A stretch of DNA of 64,000 nt, from NCBI GenBank assembly GCA_964016885.1, contig OZ024741.1, positions 68,882,001 to 68,946,000 on the forward strand. The letters are read 5' to 3'. This document shows positions 1-13,059 of the stretch, piece after piece (the stretch's first letter is position 1; every line of letters starts with the position of its first letter). Source of the stretch: Eledone cirrhosa. Taxonomy: Eukaryota. The translations under genes were made by a program, and so were the position numbers. The notes below the pieces were generated by a model. The model did not search any database. It had not been told where the DNA came from and worked only from the letters and a program-made list of their open reading frames with translations.

Positions 1-43
1 ATAAAGATGGCGTAGACATACAATACAACAGGAGGAAACATAA

Positions 44-86
44 TAGCACTGACGATGTTGCAGATGTGCAACGAAAGAACTTTGTT
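44..86 (+). ncRNA. Minimal type I hammerhead ribozyme motif (PLE-type, extra U after CUGANGA)
   Basis: tagca-CTGACGA-T-GTTGCA-gatg-TGCAAC-GAAA-gaac-TT-tgtta: 6-bp stem II, 1-bp stem III with tetraloop, stem I tagca/tgtta. Confidence 0.65.
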
Positions 87-329
87 AGACTATATATATG
101 TGTTTGTGTCTATATTATATCTGTATTTTTGACAGTTGATCAGTCAATGGTAACATTGAGGACCGAATAAATTAAATTAACTGATATAAAAGATACATAA
201 GCGAAAACCAACCAAACAGTGAGTGTGTTCTGTTATTAATTCTGGCAATATTATTACACAAATATGACCCTCCCCAAGTATAACAATATTTGTTTCGATA
301 CACGATTTCATATCAAAAACCTCGCAAAA

Positions 330-974
330 CTAATATATATATATATATATATATACACAAACTTGTAGTTCCTGTCTGTTTGTTTGTTTGTTCACGAACT
401 CCTATGGTTTTGGAGATAGACCCCTATAACCATATATATTCTGAAACTACATTGCCCAGGGTACTTGGATATGTATATTTCATTTTAATTAAAGGGTTCC
501 CCGGGGGCACAAACCCCCGCTGAAAATTTTTTCCTTTCGATTTATTTAAGCCATAGGTAAAGATATGATGCCTATTCACAAAATTTCAGCAAATTTCAAT
601 AATATTAAGACACCCTAATGGTTAAACCCCCTATAGTGAAAATTTTGGAAGCCCATAACATGAGTATTGGAACTTTGAATTTCTAATTTGAAAATAATGC
701 TTTACACATTTATGAAATGATCAAGTTTTGAATTGATATTTTGAAATAAATTATGTACAAGAAACTAAATAAGAATAAGATTTAATAATGTAATTTTGAT
801 TTGATATATTACAAAAAATAATGTTTGCCATTTTTCATGCATTACATTTTACATTGAGTAATATTGAAATGCAGAGTTTTTCTCCATAAATTATATCACT
901 GATTTAAAATCAATCATCATTTTCTTACAAAAAAAAATTGTGAAACGCAGCAAGGTGCGGGTAATTCGGCTAGT
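330..974 (+). mobile_element. Non-autonomous Helitron-like element
   Basis: 5' (TA)n followed by CTGTCTGTTTGTTTGTTTG; 3' GC-rich hairpin CGCA-gcaagg-TGCG followed by CTAG|T at 970-974; 5' boundary approximate. Confidence 0.55.
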
Positions 975-1010
975 AGAGTTTAAATATTTATTTTATTAAG
1001 GCTCAAGTTC

Positions 1011-1057
1011 TTGTCTGATGACCCTGCGAGCAAGTAGGTGAAACTCCAAAGTAACAA
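1011..1057 (+). ncRNA. Type I hammerhead ribozyme motif
   Basis: TTGT-CTGATGA-C-CCTGC-gagcaa-GTAGG-T-GAAA-CT-ccaa-AG-TA-ACAA: intact core, stems I/II/III pair, GUA cleavage triplet; flanked by inverted repeat 985-1003/1076-1095. Confidence 0.85.
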
Positions 1058-1098
1058 TTTTTAGCCTTACTATTTAGCCTTAATAAAATGAATATATA

Positions 1099-1185
<87 letters not shown>

Positions 1186-1187
<2 letters not shown>

Positions 1188-1376
1188 CGAAGGAAATGTG
1201 GTAAGGAACCAGGTGGACCATAACGCACCAAAGTACTCAATACTTGGGGTAGTAGAGTGGGTAATAGGAACCAGTAAGACCCCGACGGCTGAGCTCAAGC
1301 CGTTTCGACGGCTAATTCTGGACTCAGAATTAGCCGTCGAAACGGCTTGAGCTCAGCCGTCGGGGTCTTACTGGTT

Positions 1377-1380
<4 letters not shown>
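1186..1380. mobile_element. Fold-back cassette (putative PLE pseudo-LTR piece, family B) between (TA)n tracts
   Basis: Perfect 56-bp inverted arms 1265-1320/1325-1380 with GACT loop; arm sequence recurs at 4465-4525 (-) and 5377-5435 (+). Confidence 0.7.
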
Positions 1381-1442
<62 letters not shown>

Positions 1443-1554
1443 GAAGAGGAATTCCAACTTTGTCTGATTTACTCGTTTTATTTACAATCCTTTAAAATTT
1501 ATAATGGTATTATAATGAAATAGTATGATAGAATATTAAATGTTAAGTGTTAAT

Positions 1555-1593
1555 TGAACAAGTACTTTCATGCTTTCGCAATCTTCAGGTTCA
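1555..1593 (-). ncRNA. Minimal type I hammerhead ribozyme motif
   Basis: Minus strand TGAAC-CTGAAGA-T-TGC-gaaa-GCA-T-GAAA-gtac-TT-GTTCA: perfect 5-bp stem I, GNRA-capped stem II, palindromic GTAC loop III. Confidence 0.85.
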
Positions 1594-1661
1594 TAATGTG
1601 TGGTGACAGTCAAGTTTGCAATTTTCAACTGTCATATGTATATATATATATATATATATAT

Positions 1662-1930
1662 AGTATGCAATTCAGTAAATTACTGGTGGTGGTGGTACCA
1701 AAATGAGCACTCGACGCACGGGCAAAGTAAGAAAAACGGTGAAGTTTCATTTACATGTATTTATGTTTTTACTGTGTATCAACCTTTATTTTTTGTTGAA
1801 TCACCAGTCTGATGAGTAGATTGATACTGTAATCATAATACATGGGTGACCTTGAGCGAAACGCGTGTAACAGGTCGATACACAATAAGAACATAAATAC
1901 ATGGAAACGAAACTTCATTTTCTTTCTTAT
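1662..1930 (+). mobile_element. PLE pseudo-LTR-like cassette (family C) with decayed hammerhead and inverted 5' part
   Basis: accagt-CTGATGA-gtaga...gc-GAAA-cgcgtg-TA-acaggt at ~1803-1875; ~1735-1785 is the diverged reverse complement of ~1872-1925; homologous to 4990-5228. Confidence 0.6.
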
Positions 1931-2399
1931 ACATATGTGTGTGGGGGGAGGGTAGTTTAACCCATGCAAGCGTGGAAAAACGGACGTAAAAATGATGATG
2001 ATGATGATGATGATGATGATATGTATTGTAAACAACTCAACTACAGATGAAAGGAACCGCGTGTGTCACACAGATTGGCAACAAATTCAACTAAAACCAA
2101 AGACAGGCATAGAGACGAGCATATAAGGAACAGGATGGCATATAGACGATAGAAAAATGGTAATATGAATAATATAACAATTCATTGGTGATCAGTATCG
2201 AAATGGACTTACACAGTTTGAACATCTACCGACAGTACTGCTGGCACATTCAGAGTTACAGTGTCTAACAGAATAGTTTGAAGGACGAAGAACGATACGA
2301 AAAGGCAAGACAGAAGACAGACAAAAACGATAAAGTATAATATACAAAAAGCAGCATAAAAAAACAACACATCCTCGAATGCAAAACCTTAGACACATC

Positions 2400-2960
2400 A
2401 TCTTACAACATACACCTTCTTCCAGTTGAACCAACAAGGTTGATCAGGCCTAAATATGTGTCCAAATGCCATACAAACTTCCACGTTGCATCTGTTGCCT
2501 CTCCTCCTGCTAGCTTCCGTAACTCCCAGAGTTCCGTAGGCTTGATAAGGGAACGAGCTGGAAACCCTTTGACTGGCAACCTCCACTGGTATGCACCTGA
2601 TCTCCCACACGTTCCTGCGACAATCCCCTACCAATTCTTAGTATTTTATCTCTTTTTCTCCCGTATTTCCTGCATCCTCTCCACCCGGATAACAATTAAC
2701 TCTACTAAAATGAGCTGTCTTGACACCTCGGAAACCAAAAGAATGTCTGATCTCAACATGGACTCGGTGATATGTGACGAAATTTTCAGCCACTTTCCCA
2801 TATCAACTGTCATCACCAAATTCCGTGATGTGACACATAAACTGACCGAGCAGTTCATCGGTATTCTCTTCGATTATTCACCCTTCCTGATAAACATTAT
2901 CTTGCTATCTGTTGATATGTGTTCCTGTTGTCTCTGGTGTCTCTGGTCTCCTTGCTGATT
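2400..2960 (-). pseudogene. Decayed non-LTR retrotransposon C-terminus with restriction-like endonuclease (HERO/NeSL/R4-like)
   Basis: Broken minus-strand frames give LRSDILLVSEVSRQLILVELIV..ERMQEIREKK..WEIRCIPVEVA, matching the RPDI-x-ELTVPWE-ERK-KY-PVEVG pattern. Confidence 0.65.
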
Positions 2961-3194
2961 TCTTCAGCAATGCTTTAAGAACCTTAACGTGTCTCCATCG
3001 ATATTTGGGAAGCTAATGCGTGTGTGCGTGTGTGTGTGTGTGTGGCGACCGTTCCACATCCTGACTGTGTTATCAAATTTGAACAAAGGAGTTATCAACG
3101 AGGAACGATTTCTCTTAATTTTTCCACAGTAATTGTGACAGTGCCATAGTAAGTACTTATAAGAAAAACCTCCATACACTATCAGGAGTTATGG

Positions 3195-3588
3195 GTGCCA
3201 ACAACAACCCTGGGTACCTTTTTGATTTCCATGTGTCTAACACACGTGGGCATGCCAACAAAGTCAGAAAACAGCACAGCTCCCATGACTTTCGGAAACA
3301 TTTTTCCACGCTCAGAGTTGCTGAAGCATAGAACAAACTACCTGCATCAGTTGTTAGCTGTCAAGAGACTGCATCATTTAAAACCTCCATGCTTCCTGAG
3401 ACTCGCCAACACTACACCTAATATCGCCCCTCCATACACACGCACACATGTATATTATGACTCATACACTATACACTATTCACTTTCCTGACATTTGTAT
3501 ATTATTCTATGTACTATACATGCACCTTTGATGAGTTGTAGTGCACCTGAACACTGTACACAATAATTTCATTATTATTATTATTATA
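3195..3588 (+). mobile_element. 3' fragment of CR1-like LINE with (TTA)n tail
   Basis: From ~3240 reads TRGHANKVRKQHSSHDFRKHFSTLRVAEA*NKLPASVV, the usual CR1 ORF2 C-terminus, then a UTR and ATTATTATT tail. Confidence 0.8.
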
Positions 3589-4106
3589 ACTGAACGATTG
3601 TTATCCGAAGATGACAGGCTGCACATTGTCAAATTGCGACAAGTAAACGGTTTGTTGGCTAAAACATAGTGATACGGCAGTGATTTGAATCTATGTGTTA
3701 GTTTTGATTCAAGGTCGAATCAATTCTATTCACTTCGTCACTAATTCTTTTGTAAAACACACAGACGTCACGCAACTTAATTTCCTCTCAATGTTTTAGA
3801 ATTTTGGTGTCCGGCTTCAGTCAAGAATCGTCATTAAACAATCGAAGGGACCGTGATTTCTCACGATGTAATAACTAAACACAAAGTTTAATTCTACAGA
3901 TAAAACAATGCAAATCTCGGCATTCTATATAATAGACAGAACAATGGAACTCACCATTTTTCATACCTGATGGAACAATTGAACTCCTCTCGAGTACCTA
4001 CGTACAAAATTCGATCTTAAGACTTTCTAAATATTCCATACGAAACATACCCAAACAATATTCTTCTTTCGAACACAAATATGACATAATTGCTGAAATA
4101 TATATA

Positions 4107-4293
<187 letters not shown>

Positions 4294-4295
4294 GG

Positions 4296-4436
4296 TTCAA
4301 TCTGAGGTAATCACAGTTAGTAAGGTAATCATTTCATTAATAGTGTAAGCATCAAGTTGAATATAGAAATGGCTTCTACGGGACTAGAACTTTTTCTTTC
4401 AAATGAAACCACCAGGAAAGCTTTCCTGGTGGTTTC
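4296..4436 (-). mobile_element. Decayed family A pseudo-LTR/hammerhead copy ending in a 32-bp palindrome
   Basis: Reverse complement matches 21369-21480 (ttctagtcccgtagaagccatttctatat); core decayed to CTGGTGG; GAAACCACCAGGAAAGCTTTCCTGGTGGTTTC palindrome at 4405-4436. Confidence 0.7.
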
Positions 4437-4464
4437 TTAATATATATATATATATAGATATATT

Positions 4465-4523
4465 TAATGAAGGGGTCGATACTCCGACGCCTGAGCTCTT
4501 GCCGTTTCAACAGCTAATTCCAG

Positions 4524-4525
<2 letters not shown>
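4465..4525 (-). repeat. Family B short dispersed repeat
   Basis: Reverse complement tctggaattagctgttgaaacggcaagagctcag matches 1325-1370 and 5377-5435. Confidence 0.7.
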
Positions 4526-4591
<66 letters not shown>

Positions 4592-4952
4592 AAGGCGTGC
4601 TGCGTGGTTGCACATAGGTTACATATGAATAAAATTAGTCCTTCATCAGTGATCTTCCAACCTTCATTGGTATTTCTTCGCTTTAAAGATCATATACCTC
4701 TGGTTGGTGCGAGCAATATCTAAAGAAAGTTATTGGGACACGTAAATAGGGTGAAGCGAGCGAGAGATGTAAACAAACAGAGATGGTAATGCAGCGGAAA
4801 GAGAGGAAGAGAAGAGACAAGCCCGTGATAACTATGAACTTAAGCTCGGTGAAATCATAGACGAGAGGTAAAGACTATCCGACCTGGGCGAGATGTGAGC
4901 GAGAAAAGGATTTCACACAGGTCAACCGGGAGGAAGTGAGAGAGGGGGAGAA

Positions 4953-5364
<412 letters not shown>

Positions 5365-5376
5365 GCGCGTGTGTGT

Positions 5377-5435
5377 GTCTGGAACTAGCTGTTGAAACGG
5401 CAAGAGCTCAGCAGTCGGGGTCTCGACTCTTTATA
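5377..5435 (+). repeat. Family B short dispersed repeat
   Basis: gtctggaactagctgttgaaacggcaagagctcagcagtcggggtct matches the arm at 1325-1370. Confidence 0.7.
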
Positions 5436-5880
5436 AACAACTTTGTATGCAAAGTGTCGAAGAGGGCTTATAATGTTCATAGAAAATAACTGTAAACACA
5501 TTTGGTTGTTATAATTAATAGTTTAGAAAATCGAGTAAAAACTTTTATAGACGTCAAAGCGTCGTCAGCAGTCGCTTACCGTAGATATTAATGTGACACA
5601 TATAAATATAAAATACTTACCACACCAGCCAATGATTCGAATGAAAGAGACCAGACATTTTCCACGCGTTTTGCAGCAAAAAACTTGCACGCTTTCAGTG
5701 AACACGAACATAAATACGTCACTCAGAAATAAACATACACACACCGACAGACACGCAGTTGCACATACATACACGTACACGCGTACGTGCACACACACAC
5801 ACATACGTACGCCGCCACCACCCTACTCACATACACACATATATATATAATATTGGGTATGAATCAAAGTTGTAGCCGCA

Positions 5881-5953
<73 letters not shown>

Positions 5954-6474
5954 AAGAGAGAAAGAGAGACGAGGCGAGAGAGAGTGGTGTTTCTGTGTGT
6001 GTATATATATGTGTGTGTGTGTGAGCATGTATGCGTATGTGTGTATGTACGTGTCTGCATGTATTTGGTAACATTTGAATTCTGGTGCCTTATTCAGTAT
6101 GTCTTGAAAACATTAGGAAAACTCTACCTTGGTTTGTGTCCTTCCTTGTTTCAGGCGGTGGAATTTGATTTCTGGAAAACTTAGCACCTATTTCTAGCTG
6201 GTTCAGTTACTTTATAGAGGATGATTGGTTAGTTCGGCCCAAGAGATAGATATTCACTGTGTGAAAAATACAGGTGTATCAAACGTTTGAAAAGCTATCA
6301 GGTGAGAAGACATCAGCTTGTAATCTAGGGGCCGCCCATGCAGCTTTTACAAACGCCCTTGCCTCCCACCACCACCACCTCTAAAATACACCACACCACA
6401 CCACACCACTCCCATCTCTCCTCAACACTATTAATGAATGCAACGGCTTTCTCTCACGATAGAAGTAATAATTA

Positions 6475-6810
6475 TAGTGGTGGCGGCGGCGGCGGCAGAG
6501 GTGATGGTGGTGGTGGCAGTGTTGGTGGTGGTGGTGGTGACGATGGCGACGGCTGTGGTTGTGGTTGTGGTGGTGGCAGTGGTGGTGGTGATGGCGGTGG
6601 TGGTGGTGGTGGCAGTGTTGGTGGTGGTGGCGGCGACGGCGGCTGTCTTTGTGATGGTGGCGGTGGTGGTGGTGGTGGCTGTGGCGGCGGCGGCGGTGGT
6701 GGTGTTGATGGTTGCGGCGGCAGCGGCAATGGTGGTGGTGATGGGAGTAAAGACGGGGTGGCGGCGTATGCGGTGAAGGCGGCGGCAACGATGGTGGGGT
6801 GGGTCTGGTG
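6475..6810. repeat. Imperfect (GGT/GGC)n trinucleotide tract
   Basis: Low-complexity tract giving poly-G/V/P/H pseudo-ORFs in several frames. Confidence 0.9.
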
Positions 6811-7020
6811 AAGATTAGATGGAGTGAACTATCGAGAAAGAAAATGATAAAAAGAAAGAAAAAGAGATGGTGGTGGGGTGGGGGAGACTGACCCACTCTA
6901 TTTCACTTTACCTAACCCCTTTTTTAAATATATGTAAATATATACCCATACATGTAAATATATACACACACACATGCATATATATATGTGTGTGTGTGTA
7001 TAAGTATGCACATGTATATG

Positions 7021-7051
<31 letters not shown>

Positions 7052-7133
7052 TACATATCGATATGTATATACATTCATACCCTCATACATTCATACATAC
7101 ATACATACATACATACATACATACATACATACA

Positions 7134-7168
<35 letters not shown>

Positions 7169-7230
7169 GTGCTTGCATACATTCTTACACATATAATATA
7201 TATAACATATTTATATGTATGTATGTATGT

Positions 7231-7821
7231 ATGGTGCTACTGGTAACATGTATTCCAGTACAACCTGTCCCATGGTCGGGTCGTTGGCGACTAAACTGGC
7301 AACCCCAGCAAGGTTTCTTGGTGAAGAGGGTGACTTTGGACATCCTGCAGGACTAAAAACAAAACTTGTCAAAGGGCAAAGGAGCTCTTAAGAGTCAATG
7401 GCCATCCAAAATCACCGGCAGAGATGAGCCCTTAGCCTTTGTCAAGGCAGAATTCTAGGAGAAGGAAAACTATGATATAACACCTGCAACCCTGATGGTA
7501 TCCAATGATGTTGACTTGTTCTTCTTTTTGGTAAATATCATCTTGGCTAAGAGAGTGGGACTGTGCAGTGCCTTTGCTCACTATAAAAGCTTCACGGCAC
7601 AGGCATTGCTTTATATCTTGAGATCTCTCTGCACTTGTCGTCACATGGTACCATGGGCCCAGCACTATGTGTCAATAATTGTCACAAGTGTAGTGTTTGT
7701 ACCAGAGTTTTCAAGTCGCTGGCTGGACTAAAAAGTCACACTCGTTCAGCGCATCGGTAGGGGTTCTCCTACATGGATATAAAGTAGTGGCCGTACTCGA
7801 AAACTAGTTGGCAGCCACCAT
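7231..7821 (+). mobile_element. Unclassified ~550-590 bp retroposon-like repeat with (TATG)n tail (family D)
   Basis: Near-identical to 24817-25372 (inverted) and 7854-8229; ends gttggcagccaccat followed by (GTAT)n. Confidence 0.8.
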
Positions 7822-7853
7822 GTATGTATGTATGTATATATATATGTATGTAT

Positions 7854-8229
7854 ATTCTAGGAGAAGGAAAACTCTGATATAACACCTGCAACCCTGATGG
7901 TATCCAATGATGTTGACTTGTTCTTCTTTTTGGTAAATATCATCTTGGTTAAGAGAGTGGGACTGGCTTTGTGCAGTGCCTTTGATCACTATAAAAGCTT
8001 CACGGCACAGGCATTGCTTTATATCTGGAGATCTCTCTACACTTGTCGTCATATGGTAACATGAGCCCAGCACTATGTGTCAATAATTGTCACAAATGTA
8101 GTGTTTGTACCAGAGTTTTCAAGTCGCTGGCTGGATTAAAACGTCACACTCGTTCAGCGCATCGGTAGGGGTTCTCCTACATGGTTATAAAGTAGTGGCC
8201 GTACTCGAAAACGAGTTGGCAGCCACCAT
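7854..8229 (+). mobile_element. 5'-truncated family D copy
   Basis: Matches 7452-7821 with the same 3' end and tail. Confidence 0.8.
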
Positions 8230-8424
8230 GTATATATGTATGTTATAGAACTCAACAGCTAAACGAACATAGCTGACGATTAGTTGCCGATGTGATACAC
8301 AACCTCGTATATAAATATAAGATATATAAAGGTGTACCATTAAGAGAACTGTCTATGAAACTACTAGTTCCACAAAGTTAGACTAAACCGTGTAATAACT
8401 ATATATGTATGTATATATGTGAAA

Positions 8425-8497
<73 letters not shown>

Positions 8498-8814
8498 TGG
8501 AGAAAGAGAGAAAAATATATATACATAGATAGATTGATAGAAAGCTAGGTAGGTATATATATATATAGATGTATAATTATATAGGTGTGTCTGTGTGGGG
8601 GAGGGGGGGGGGGGGTGAGAGAAGATTCCATTGGTTTCGATGATATGACTTCTAGTTTTTTAATCAATGAAACAATCCGTTGGGTAAATTGCCGTGTAAG
8701 TGGCCCAGCATTCCACAGACCTACTTTAAAATAATTGAGCTTAAAAATAATCCGACTCAGTGTAAAACAGTAAGTGACAAGATTAATCATTTGAATTACA
8801 GGCACAACTCACCC

Positions 8815-8897
8815 GATGGGCTTTCAAGCAGTTTCCTACCAATTTCAATCTGAAGCCTTCGGTCGAAGCGAAACTATGGTAAATGACACTTGCCCTA
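8815..8897 (-). mobile_element. SINE 3' fragment related to 14185-14345
   Basis: Reverse complement gggcaagtgtcatttaccatag...attggtaggaaactgcttgaaagcccatc resembles the element at 14185. Confidence 0.5.
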
Positions 8898-8907
8898 CAT
8901 ACCAAAA

Positions 8908-9172
8908 TGAAGGTACGTGGCCTAGTGGCAATGTCGAGGTCGATTCCTAGGCTGGGATTGTGTGTTGTGTTCTTGAGCAAAACACTTCATTTCGTGTTGC
9001 TACAGTATATTCAATTGAAAATGAGTACCAGCAATAGCTGGGGTTTAACCCTGCAATGGACTGCTGTCTTGTCCAGGTTTGTGGGGAGTCTTGTACTCTC
9101 AATCGATTCACGCCACGAAACAGAGATAAACACCGGTGTGAAGAGCCTCCGGGCTCGAAACAGACTTTAGAC
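8908..9172 (+). mobile_element. tRNA-headed SINE (CORE/Meta-like body)
   Basis: gtggcctagtgg head, gtgttcttgagcaaaacactt body; homologous to 30743-31022. Confidence 0.75.
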
Positions 9173-10084
9173 TTTTAAGCTAAATACCAGTAGAGTCTCA
9201 CATATATAATATAGTAAGTTAAAAACGTTGATTAACTAAGATTATCATTGCAACAAGTTGACAAAACTCCGTCATAGGAGTGTTAAAATCTAAAATCAAA
9301 AAGCAACCGAGATAACTTCAAAAATATCATTTAACTTAAACTTTTGAAAAATAAAGACAATGCAGATAGAGGTGGTTCCTTTTTTAAAAAGCAACTGGTA
9401 AAAGCAACAGAAATGTTTCGGCCTTATTAGATCTCCCCAGCAAAAAATATTCTTGTTTAAAAAAAGAAAAAGAACGACACGTTAGATAATATTGTCTATG
9501 ATACGCTGCCTGATATGATGTTCAAGAACATCATCAGCCTTTGACCAAGAGAACTTTTAATGCATACGGATCTCTTTTAAGTTTTTTGTAGTGATAATTG
9601 ATTCTGTTTGAGCTGTTCTTGACTCTGGGCAGATCTATGAAAATTTACAATCTATGAAAGTCGTTCCAGACTTAAGCCCTATATATACACTGGTTTATAT
9701 AATATTGGGTGGTAGGGGGGGATTTGGATGTTCTTATGAAGACGTGTTGCTTCGTGGTTAGGGTATTACACTCAGGATCGTAAGGTCGTGAATTCGATTT
9801 CTGAACTGGGCGGTGTGTTCTGTTGTTCAATAATATACTGTCGTTCAGCTCCTTTCATTTTTCGGAAGTTTTCTATTTTTTTAGCAAGTTCAATACCAGT
9901 AAAATACTGGTGTTTACCAATTTGACTATACTTCTCCAGTCTATTAAGCTTCGTATGTTTAACGCCTGCCACGAGCTCGTCCTGCATGTATATATTACAC
10001 CATATGTTTCACTACAATCTTTAACAATTCGACAGCAACAATAAAAGACATGTCACGTATCATTTCTCACATTACCATGTATAC

Positions 10085-10235
<151 letters not shown>

Positions 10236-10289
10236 CGCGAGTGACACACACAAACACACATTTGTATAAATAGTAATGTGAGAAATTAT

Positions 10290-10705
<416 letters not shown>

Positions 10706-10766
10706 AGGCAGCAGACGGGTAGGGACTCTTCGAATGTCCTTCCTTTCTCCCATGAGGTCATTTTGA

Positions 10767-10854
<88 letters not shown>

Positions 10855-10882
10855 GTATATATGTGTGTGTGTGTGTGTAATA

Positions 10883-11058
10883 TAATTGTTTTTACTTTTA
10901 GCACCAGGCCACCAATTATCCCAGTGCATTACTGGTACTTTATTTTATCGACCCCGTAAGGAGGAAAGGCAAAGTTAACCTCGGCGGGATTTGAACTCAG
11001 AATAGCAAGGGCCGTAACTCTATGCGTCAAATCATGGCGTCCGACCCTCTACCGATTA
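10883..11058 (-). mobile_element. tRNA-derived SINE, Octopus-type (family S1)
   Basis: Reverse complement has B-box GTTCAAATCCC and conserved tttgcctttc..ccttacggggtcgataaaataaagtaccagt body. Confidence 0.85.
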
Positions 11059-11517
11059 TAATATAATATAAGATAATATACATACATGCATAACTAAAAA
11101 CATACTCGTGTCTATATATGTCTTTGAGAGAGTGTGTGTGTGTGTGTCAGTATAGACACACACACACCCGCGCACAAGGTGTATATGAAAACATATACGA
11201 TATATTTATGTATAATAAACATATATACATCTCGCTATTAATATTTTAAGCAGTGGTCATGTCACAGCCATCTGAGTAGCCGTGTGAGAACGCCAGACAC
11301 GTTTCAGAAAGTTTATCCATCATCGGTGGTGTATCGTCACACGGTATTTAGGCAAAAAATAAGCTATGCCTTATATATTTTTTGCTTATAAAATATCTGC
11401 TGGCGATGCTCATTTGCATATAGTACGAGCTTGACTGGCTAGGTTTAATACATCATAGCACTAACATAGCGTGATTCATAATTGAGGTGTATATGAAGGC
11501 ATATATGTGACTCACTC

Positions 11518-11870
11518 ATGTGGTTGATGGGTGCTACACGAGGATGCTGAGGATGGCTCTGAATATTAATCTGTATGCACGGAGGAGGAAAAACTCAGAG
11601 CTGTATGGGAACCTTCCAAAAATCAGCTTCAAAGTGACACAGAGGAAACTGAGTTTAGCTGAACATGTTCACCGACATTCAAAGATAACACTGCACTCAG
11701 TGATCCTGTGGGAATCCCTAGACGGACACGCTGGAAGAGGGAGACCGATGATGACATATATTGATGCCCTAAGGACAGACACTGGACTCCTGGAGATGCG
11801 GAATATGGCGGCGATGATAAAACACAGAGACCGCTGGAGAGAACTCGGGGATTTTACTCGCCTTAGAGAT
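11518..11870 (+). pseudogene. RTE-clade LINE 3' ORF fragment
   Basis: DGCYTRMLRMALNI...ELYGNLPKIS...GRGRPMMTYIDALRTDTG...DRWR, the typical RTE C-terminus. Confidence 0.8.
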
Positions 11871-12334
11871 ACAATATGTTTATGTATAATAAGAATATAT
11901 AAGTCTGACTGTTTGGTCGATCAAAAGAAGATTATTCTATAACATTCTCTCTTTATGTCTACCAACCTACTCATCTTTTCAAATCACTGTGGTCTTGGTA
12001 GCCTTATTAGTAATAGTTAAACAAGAAACTAAAAAGAAATGGAGCCAATAAGATTTGGGCAAGAACTAAGTTTTAAATCAACTTTAGTGGAACTGTGACA
12101 GTGACCAGGTTACAAACAGTACGACGAAATTTTGGTATCAAGAAATGAATTATAAATGTAAAGTGAATTTAAAGATTATTGGACTTAGTTTTTGTTTTAG
12201 TTTCGTTTCGTTTTCTTTTGTTTTTGTTTTTTTTTTGTTTTTTTTGTTTTTATTGTTGGCACTGTTTATTAGTAGCAAGTTATTTCTAGTACTGCTAAAA
12301 TGAACTAACTAGGCTGCTGTTTAAAACTCAATAA

Positions 12335-12507
12335 TTGTTTCTATTTTTGGCACAAGGCCACCAATTATCCTAGTACATTACTGGTATTTTATTTTATCGA
12401 CCCCGTAAGGATGAAAGGCAAAGTTAACTCAGACCATAAAGGGGTGTAACTCTATGCTAAAAAGTATGGCGTCCAACCCTCTACCGATACTGCCAATCCA
12501 CCGCCAT
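12335..12507 (-). mobile_element. S1 SINE with 15-bp target-site duplication
   Basis: TSD tttaaaactcaataa at 12320-12334 and 12508-12522. Confidence 0.9.
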
Positions 12508-12877
12508 TTTAAAACTCAATAAAGTGACCAAACTTCTATTAGAATTTATATATAAGTTCTCAAGATTTTTTATTTTTTAATTGCTTTGTAAACTAATAGT
12601 TTTAACTTTCCTTCGGCTGACATCCGTCCACATATTCTAGTATTTACCTAAATGTCATTTCTCAGCCTTGGATTAAGCATTAAGCTAAATAAGCCCCAAG
12701 TAGAGAAGGAATTCAAAAACGACCAAACCACATGTTTTCATTTTTCAGCATACTTTCTGGTGAATTTTATCATTTTTAACGAAAGGCTTCCAAGCATTAT
12801 ACTGTTTAAAACCTCACCAATTTAATCCAGTAATACTTATGAATACTATTTAACCTCAGTAAAACATACCAATTTTT

Positions 12878-13000
12878 TACGAGGGCCGGTAGAAAAGTTC
12901 ATAGGCTGACTATGAAGAAGTGATTCTAGCGCTGTGAAATCTTTCATGCATTAATTTCAATTCTTATTATTAATAACTGCATTATTTATTTCTAGGGACT
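12878..13000 (+). mobile_element. Mariner-like transposon terminal remnant
   Basis: TA|CGAGGGCCGGTAGAAAAGTTC resembles mariner TIR starts; no partner end seen. Confidence 0.45.
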
Positions 13001-13059
13001 ATATTGAAAAATAAACAGCCAGCCCTCGTAAACCTTAAGAATTGTCAAAGAACTGGGAT

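Noticed and set aside
3600-3650. Heavily decayed hammerhead-like strings (here, and near 9410-9440 minus, 11397-11450 and 26344-26390)
   Set aside because: Two or more core positions are wrong in each; they cannot be told from chance without a family consensus.
6338-6896. Gly-rich, His-rich or Pro-rich structural protein gene
   Set aside because: A trinucleotide tract open in many frames on both strands, with no signal peptide or supported exon structure.
8267-8375. CTGACGA-T-TAG...CTA-T-GAAA-CTACTAG-TT hammerhead-like string
   Set aside because: Stem I does not pair and the long stem II region is unsupported.
9737-9825. tRNA-like sequence with A/B boxes
   Set aside because: It is a decayed SINE head without a complete cloverleaf; no true tRNA gene was found in the window.
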